Shown: positions 57,291 through 64,000 of the stretch, in pieces | How the letters are laid out: each line of letters opens with the position of its first letter | How positions within the stretch are numbered: the first letter of the stretch is position 1 | Assembly (NCBI GenBank): GCA_030324005.1 | Contig: JARDVH010000001.1 | Coordinates: forward strand, 121,675,465 to 121,739,464 | Direction of reading: 5' to 3' | DNA length: 64,000 nt | DNA from: Negaprion brevirostris | Lineage: Eukaryota | The notes under the pieces: generated by a model | What the model was told of the DNA's origin: nothing | Seen by the model: the letters and a program-made list of their open reading frames with translations, nothing else | Database searches by the model: none | Translations under genes and position numbers: made by a program

Positions 57291-58589
57291 ATGATCTGGT
57301 TCAACAGGATATTAATGCCGATTGTGGTACAGGTCAGTGAGCATTTAAAAAAAAATGGAAGAACAGGCCAGGTGCTAAAGGTCTACTTCTGACCCAATGT
57401 TGTAATACAATTATATACAACATACTGCACATTTCATTTTAACTCTACTGAATATGAAGAGAATGTAGTGCACAGCTATCCTGAAATTTTTCTTTTGCGT
57501 AAATAAATTAAGAAACAGAACAGACACAACTAATCATCAGAATACAAAGCTAGGCATTCATAGCCAAACAGGCAAAACAAATACTTCATGAGCAAACTTG
57601 GCTTTAAGAAACTGAAGCACAAGGGCTAATTTTTGTTCAGATATCAGCCATTTCAAATGGGGTGCAAGGAGCTTCAAAAATCAGTGGAGCACTTGCTGTC
57701 CATTCCAATCTCTCCTTCTGATATTTTGTAATCAGGATTTACACTTCTACATCACAGGAATGAGCAAGTCAACAAAAAGAATTGTTAGGTCTGAGAATTC
57801 AGTTTGAAAAATGTCAGGAGCCAGAATGTTAGATGAAAATTAAATATATCTACAATGTATGATTAATGTCTTTATTAATCAATGTATCATAAACTGCCCC
57901 TATCAGAGGCACAGTAAAATAGTCAGGCACAGAAGGTGCAAGATACTGGGATAGCCTAGAGTCCATGATTAACAGATGCCTGGATTGACTTGTGAACTTT
58001 ACCAATATATATGCTGACTCTGGATATATTCTGGCTGATTTGAAATCTATTCACTTGGCAGAAATGGAACAGTAACGAAGCTAAGATCAGAGCAGAGGCT
58101 TTCTACCCTGTAGGATCCCACCCACCACTTTAACTTGATAGGTAATCACACTACAGACAAATTTGGATTTTGATGGTTGCCACAATAGCTTCAATATCAA
58201 CCATTAAGTGTTTTTCTTGATCTTATTTCCTTTCAATTTTTTTTATCCTCTCTGAAGTTTCAATACTAATCAGTTGAAGGTTCATGACCACTGAACTGAG
58301 GAATCTCAGACCAGAGGGAACACGGCTACAGATTACAGCATTGCAAAGGCCCCAGATTACTTGGTAGATTACAGAATTCTAAGGGCGAACACAAACTGAA
58401 AGTGGACTTTTTCAAACTTTCAGACATGGTGGAGCAGATCCTTGACAAGCTTTCCAATATTCCATACAACTGCATGCAGGCAGAAAGCTCTTTTAAATGC
58501 TGGAAACCTGTAGCTGCAACTCTGCCCTGCTGAGTAAAGTTTAGAGCAGAGCCTGTTTTCTGTTAAGCAGTATCCTGGGCTGTCCTTTT

Positions 58590-59600
58590 TCTTTCATGAT
58601 ACATGAGCATTACTGGCTGTGAGCATCACTGGTGAGGCCAACAACTGTTCCCATCTCTAATTACCCCTTGAAAAGGTGGTAGAGAGCCGTCTTCTTGCAG
58701 TCCATGGGGGTGCAGGAACACCCATAATCGTATGTGGTGGAGTTCTACACATCTGCTGCATTTTTTGTCCAAGTGGTAGACGTCTTGGGTTTGGACGGTA
58801 CTGTCGAAAGAGCCATGGTAAGTTGCTGCAGTGCATCCTGTAGATGATGCATGCAGTGGCCATCATGGATGGATGTTGGAGTGGATATTTAAAAGGTGAT
58901 GAATAGGGTGCTGATCAAACAGGCTGCTTTGCTCTTGATGGTATCAAGCTTCGAGTGTTATTGGAGCTGCACACATTCAGAGAAGGAGAATATTCCATCA
59001 CACTCCTGACTTGTGCCTTATAGATGGTGGACAAGCTTTGGGGAATCAAGAGGTGAATTACTAATTACAGAATTCCTAAGCTCTTACCTCCTCTTGTGGC
59101 CACAGTACTTATATGGCTGACCTAGTTCATACTGGTCAATGATGGCCCCAAAATGTTAAAGATAGGGGACTCAAGTCAAGAGTTGAGGAACAGATTCTCT
59201 CTCTTGTTCAAGGTTGTCATTGTCTGACACTTACATAACATGAACGTTATTTCCTAATCATCAACCCAACGCTGAATACAGTCCAGGTTTTACGGCAGAC
59301 GGCCACTGACTGCTTCAGTATCTGAAGAGTTGCAAATGGTACGTAAAAAAAAAAAACGCACATCTCATCCTCAGCTCTTACAATGAAAGAAAAGTCATTG
59401 ATGAAGCAGTTAAAGGATGTTTGGGCCTAAGACACTACGCTCACAACACTTGAAATCAGATGTTTAACATGCAACAACCAGAACAACTTCACTTCGTGTT
59501 AGGTTTGACACCAAACAGTAGAATTTCCTTGAATGTCAATGACTTCAAATTTGTAAGGGCTCATGATGCCAAATACTGCCTTCATGCAAATGGCTGTCAC
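58590..59600 (-). mobile_element. CR1-group LINE family B, antisense
   Basis: Reverse-complement match to 49780-51452 (tattccatcacactcctgacttgtgccttatagatggt). Confidence 0.85.
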
Positions 59601-59624
59601 TGTCACCTGATATCTTGAACTCTT

Positions 59625-60305
59625 AATAGGGGGGTGGGGGACAGAGCAGGAGGGCCACAAGGGGGACAGAGGAAGAGCCAGTGGGTCAGAACAGGACAGT
59701 GCACGAGTGAGAGAGTCAGAGGGAGACATTGCGAAAGAACTGAAGGGGACAGAGCAAGAGTTATTGAGGGATCAGAGTGTGAGGGGATGATTGCAGGAGG
59801 CAGAGTGAANNNNNNNNNNNNNNNNNNNNNNNNNNNNNNNNNNNNNNNNNNNNNNNNNNNNNNNNNNNNNNNNNNNNNNNNNNNNNNNNNNNNNNNNNNN
59901 NNNNNNNNNNNNNNNNNNNNNNNNNNNNNNNNNNNNNNNNNNNNNNNNNNNNNNNNNNNNNNNNNNNNNNNNNNNNNNNNNNNNNNNNNNNNNNNNNNNN
60001 NNNNNNNNNNNNNNNNNNNNNNNNNNNNNNNNNNNNNNNNNNNNNNNNNNNNNNNNNNNNNNNNNNNNNNNNNNNNNNNNNNNNNNNNNNNNNNNNNNNN
60101 NNNNNNNNNNNNNNNNNNNNNNNNNNNNNNNNNNNNNNNNNNNNNNNNNNNNNNNNNNNNNNNNNNNNNNNNNNNNNNNNNNNGGGTGGGGACAGAATGA
60201 AGGAGAGGGTGGCAGGTTTATGTTAAAAGAGATGGGGAACGGAACGGCAAGAGAGAAGGTAGGGAGGCAGGCAATGGAAGTTGGAAAAAAAAAGAGTTGG
60301 AGAGT
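59625..60305. repeat. GA-rich low-complexity tract with gap
   Basis: Degenerate gggacaga/gagagt units flanking about 370 N. Confidence 0.6.
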
Positions 60306-60764
60306 AAGCACACGAACAAGGAAGTTGATAACAGGTTACTGAGAACGAACATGCACATGTGGGGCTTTTCCATAACTGCAAACTGAGAATTACTTGCGGT
60401 CATGAGCCAGTCATTTGAAAGCAAGCAGTCAGGTTTTGAAAAACGATCACCATAATGTCGTGTGCAATACTTCCTGCCTGATCAGAACCGAAAACTACTG
60501 ATTCCCATTATAAATATAGGTGTCTCCCTGCACACCCTGTGTCCCTGTGCATGTGTCTGTGCGCATGTGTGCTTCTGTGTGATCTCAATCACAACCAGAA
60601 AATGCTGGAAAATCTCAGCAAGTCTGAGAGCCCCCGTGGAGAGAGAATAGAGCCAATATTTTGAGTCTGGACCACCCTTTACCAGTGCAGTTCTGTTGTT
60701 GCAATTGCATTAGAGAAGCACAAACATTTAAATAGATGGATTTTGCCAGTGGCTCCAAAGTGTC

Positions 60765-61250
60765 AACAACCTATATTTATACACCTTGACTGCAGTGGTA
60801 AAATGTTCCAAAGCACAGGGGTGTAATCAGTCAAAAATTAACACTGAGCCACACGAGGAAATATCTTGACAGATGACCAAACTCTTGCTCAGTGATAGGT
60901 ACTAAAGAGGACAAGTGTGCAAACTTCAGGGAGGGATGAATAAAGCCTAGGGTCTAGGTAGCTGAAGGGGCAGCTGCCAATGGTGGAATGATTAAAATTA
61001 CAAATGTGCAACAGCCAAAACTAGTGAAGCACAGATACCTTGAACGGTTTTAGAGCAAGAGGAGATTAGATTTAGAGGGGCCAGGCCATAGAGAGACCTG
61101 AAAACAAGAATAAGAACTCTAAAATCAAGATGTTGCCACGTCAGGAGCCAACACAGGAGTAATGAGTGAACACATCTAGTGCAAGTTATGGGCAAATGGG
61201 CTGGGTGAGCTCAAATTTATGGAAGTTCAAGGAAAGATACTAGGAGAGTA
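60765..61250 (-). mobile_element. L2 LINE 3' end
   Basis: WLLTWQHLDFRVLILVFRSLYGLAP (L2 LHWLP..RI.FK.L.L.FK.LHGLAP), with tail ...tataaatataggttgttg. Confidence 0.8.
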
Positions 61251-61784
61251 CTGGCATCTCCAACAGCCTTAAATATGGTCAAGATAAAGGCCACCACTTT
61301 CCACATTAGGTTTTGCCAGTACATCCCCTGACTACTTGCAAATCTTGACACTTGAAACTACTTGATAACCAAGTGCGATTAGTGTTGTTAGCTAAGTGCT
61401 GTGGGAACCAGCAAAAAATAAAACTATATTTCACAGCACTTGAATAAAACACACGTGGGGATATTACAGAACCATGCCTTGAAACTGTTTATATTGCTCT
61501 TTGATTCAGATTCACAAGTCCAGCACCTCTTTTAATAAATCCATTGGCAATAGGCAGAGTTAACAAGTTTGTCAACCAGGCTTTGAAAATCTAATTTACC
61601 AGTTTAAATTCCTGGTGCTGTCTCTCAAACATTTGGTTCCAAAAAGGAGTTACAACATAAAAACAACTCAATAAATGTGTCTGTTAAATCTGGTGATCCA
61701 TGCATTGGCGGGCTTCAGCTACAAAACCCTCAAAGTTCTAGCTGTTAAGAAATAGAACGATGCAGTGCAACAACAGAGTAAGCA

Positions 61785-62195
61785 ACCACCCTGAATGGGC
61801 ATCTCTCCACTTGCTTGGATGAGTGCATTCCAACACTCAATAAGCAGAACACCATCCAGGGCAAAGCAGCCCCCTTGACTGACAGCCCATACTCACCTTT
61901 AAAATTCACTCCTCTCCACTATAGTCAATAGTAGATGCACCACAGCAAATCGTCAAGGCTCCTTTGACAGCACCTTCCAAACCCACAACCTCTACCACCT
62001 AGAAGAATAAGACCACCACATGCAAGTGGTTATTATTCAATCTTGAAACTAAATTGCTGCTTCTTCATTGTCGCTGGGTCAAGACCTGACTGAACGCACT
62101 TCTGGGCACAGCTGTGGGTGTACCAACCCTGCACAATTAAGAATGGGAAATAAATGCTCGTCTTACCAGACACACTCATCACACGAAAAAATAAA
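61785..62195 (+). mobile_element. CR1 family-B 3' fragment
   Basis: ccatccagggcaaagcagcc...cttccaaacccacaacctctaccacctagaag and tail. Confidence 0.8.
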
Positions 62196-63039
62196 TAAAA
62201 TCTTTGATACTTGATCAACTCATTCAGTGCCTGCATTGTCATATCTCTAACGTGTTACATGTACATCGTGAGTCAGATGAGTCAAAATTGGGTTAAATAA
62301 ACACAATTGTACAAAGAAAAATTGAGGTTTTGGTAATAATAAAATCTGGACACTGCTTCAGATTTCCAGGAAACTAATATCCGAATAAAACAGAAATTCT
62401 AGTTCCTGACTACAACAGGCACAATTACATACATTAATTGATGATAATGACTGCTTTATAGGTTGCAAGGAAAAATGATCAAAGTCCCTGAGAACAATGG
62501 CCAAAATCTCATGTACGAATGGATGAGATACAGGTCTAAATTAGTCAGCTTGATGAGCGCATGTAAAATTCTCTGGTAAATGCAAAGCTAGAGGTATTTT
62601 CTGCTGTCCAAATCTCAGCCAGTAGATGGTGGTGGTGGCGGCTGAAAATAATACATAATTCTGAGGCATCTAAAATGTTCTTCTTCAGAGTGGTAATATT
62701 TTTTGGGTAGGGCTGAATTCAGATCGGTGGATATGATCAAATGGATATCAAAGTGAAAACAAAATCACAGAATCTTCATTTAATTACATGCTTTTTAACT
62801 AACCCCACAAAGCTTATGTAGTTGGGTGTATATCTGTCATTTACAGGTGATTCACATTTACCAAACCAAATCAACTATAAGTACCACAAGTTATTTCACC
62901 AAAACATCCAGTTTATTTGACTTCTTTTAAATACAGAGTGATGGGGCTGTTAATTTATTTGCTGTATGTAAATTCAAAGTCATTGAAAATATTCTAGCAG
63001 TGACACGAGGCATACCTAAAAATGAGGTGCCAACCCACT

Positions 63040-64000
63040 GAAGCTACAGCATACAGGCAACAAACACATTATGGACGGAGTTGAGCGATCCCACAAAAAA
63101 AAAACTCATCCGGCCATGAATGGTAGATGGCAATTAAACCATTATCTGGAGGAGGGGGAGGCTCTTCTAATGACGGGGTCATCTAGCAAAGTGCAAAGGT
63201 TTTCAACCATTTTCAGCCAGAAATGCCAAATGAATGAATAACCCACATCAGCCTCCTCCTGAGGTTCCCACCACCATGGATTCCAGTCAATTGGATTCAG
63301 TCCACACAATATAAAGACTGAAGAGACCGCATATACCAAATGGGCCCTGATAACATACCACTTGCAGTGATTAATTATGCTGCAGAACTAACCATGCGCC
63401 CAGACAAAATGTTCCAGCACAATTACAACACTGGCTTCTATCTACCCAGGTATGTCCTTTCTACAAAAGGCAGGACAAATACAGTCCGGGAAAATACCAG
63501 CCATCAACCTACACTTGATCATCAGCAAGCGATGGAAGGTATCGTTGACAATGCTATCAAGAGGCTTTACGCAGCAATAAACTGCTCACCAATGCTCAGT
63601 TTAGATTCTGCCAGGGTCATTCAGCGCCAGGCCTTATTATCGCCTTGATCCAAACATGGTCAAAAGACCTGAATTTCAGAGATGATGAGAGTGACTGCCC
63701 TTGACATCAAAGGAGCATTTCAGCAAGTACGGAATCAAGGAGTCCCAAGAAAAATTGAAGTCATTGGGAATCAAAAGGGAAAACTCTTCACAGACTGGAG
63801 TCATATTTAACAGAAAGGATACCAGTAATCTCTTGCTGCAGGAGTTTCTCAAGATAGTGTCCCAGTCCCAACTATCTTCAGCTTACTTAATGGACTTCCC
63901 TCCATCATCAGGTTTGATAATTACAATGGACAGTTCCATTTGTAGTTACTCACATACCAAAGCAGTCATATCCATTTGCAGTAGATTGGACAGCACTCAG
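63040..64000 (+). mobile_element. CR1 family-B RT fragment
   Basis: GPDNIP..V...A.EL, RVTALDIKGAF, G.SQ.SVPSP. Confidence 0.82.

Noticed and set aside
55513-64000. Searched for the next upstream TMEM131L exons (candidates near 57720 and 62640)
   Set aside because: Candidates hit stops and lacked homology. The exons probably lie beyond the window or in gaps.
1-64000. CRISPR arrays, operons or prokaryotic defence systems
   Set aside because: The sequence is vertebrate intron and intergenic DNA, and no regularly spaced repeat array was seen.

Overview
Eukaryotic, repeat-dense vertebrate DNA with many N gaps. The repeat content (HE1/V-type SINEs, SacSINE1-like DeuSINE, CR1, Penelope) points to a cartilaginous fish (shark). 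The one host gene is the 3' two-thirds of TMEM131L (KIAA0922) on the minus strand. I assembled 19 coding exons by hand from 55512 to the stop at 17700 (3166 nt, about 1054 codons, phases consistent at every junction), including a probable GC-AG intron. Its 5' exons are not visible here. The rest is mostly decayed mobile DNA: a Gypsy LTR retroelement with a duplicated pol segment (about 8.9-15.6 kb), many CR1, L2 and Rex/Babar LINE fragments, several SINE families and Penelope-like elements. The best leads are a minimal hammerhead ribozyme with an intact core inside a Penelope inverted repeat (sense to the TMEM131L pre-mRNA), tiny TSD-flanked Penelope hairpin inserts, V-SINEs with two different LINE-derived tails, and a candidate 17-nt poison microexon. 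Family and orthologue assignments come from remembered sequences, not database searches. I found no clearly new protein-coding system.
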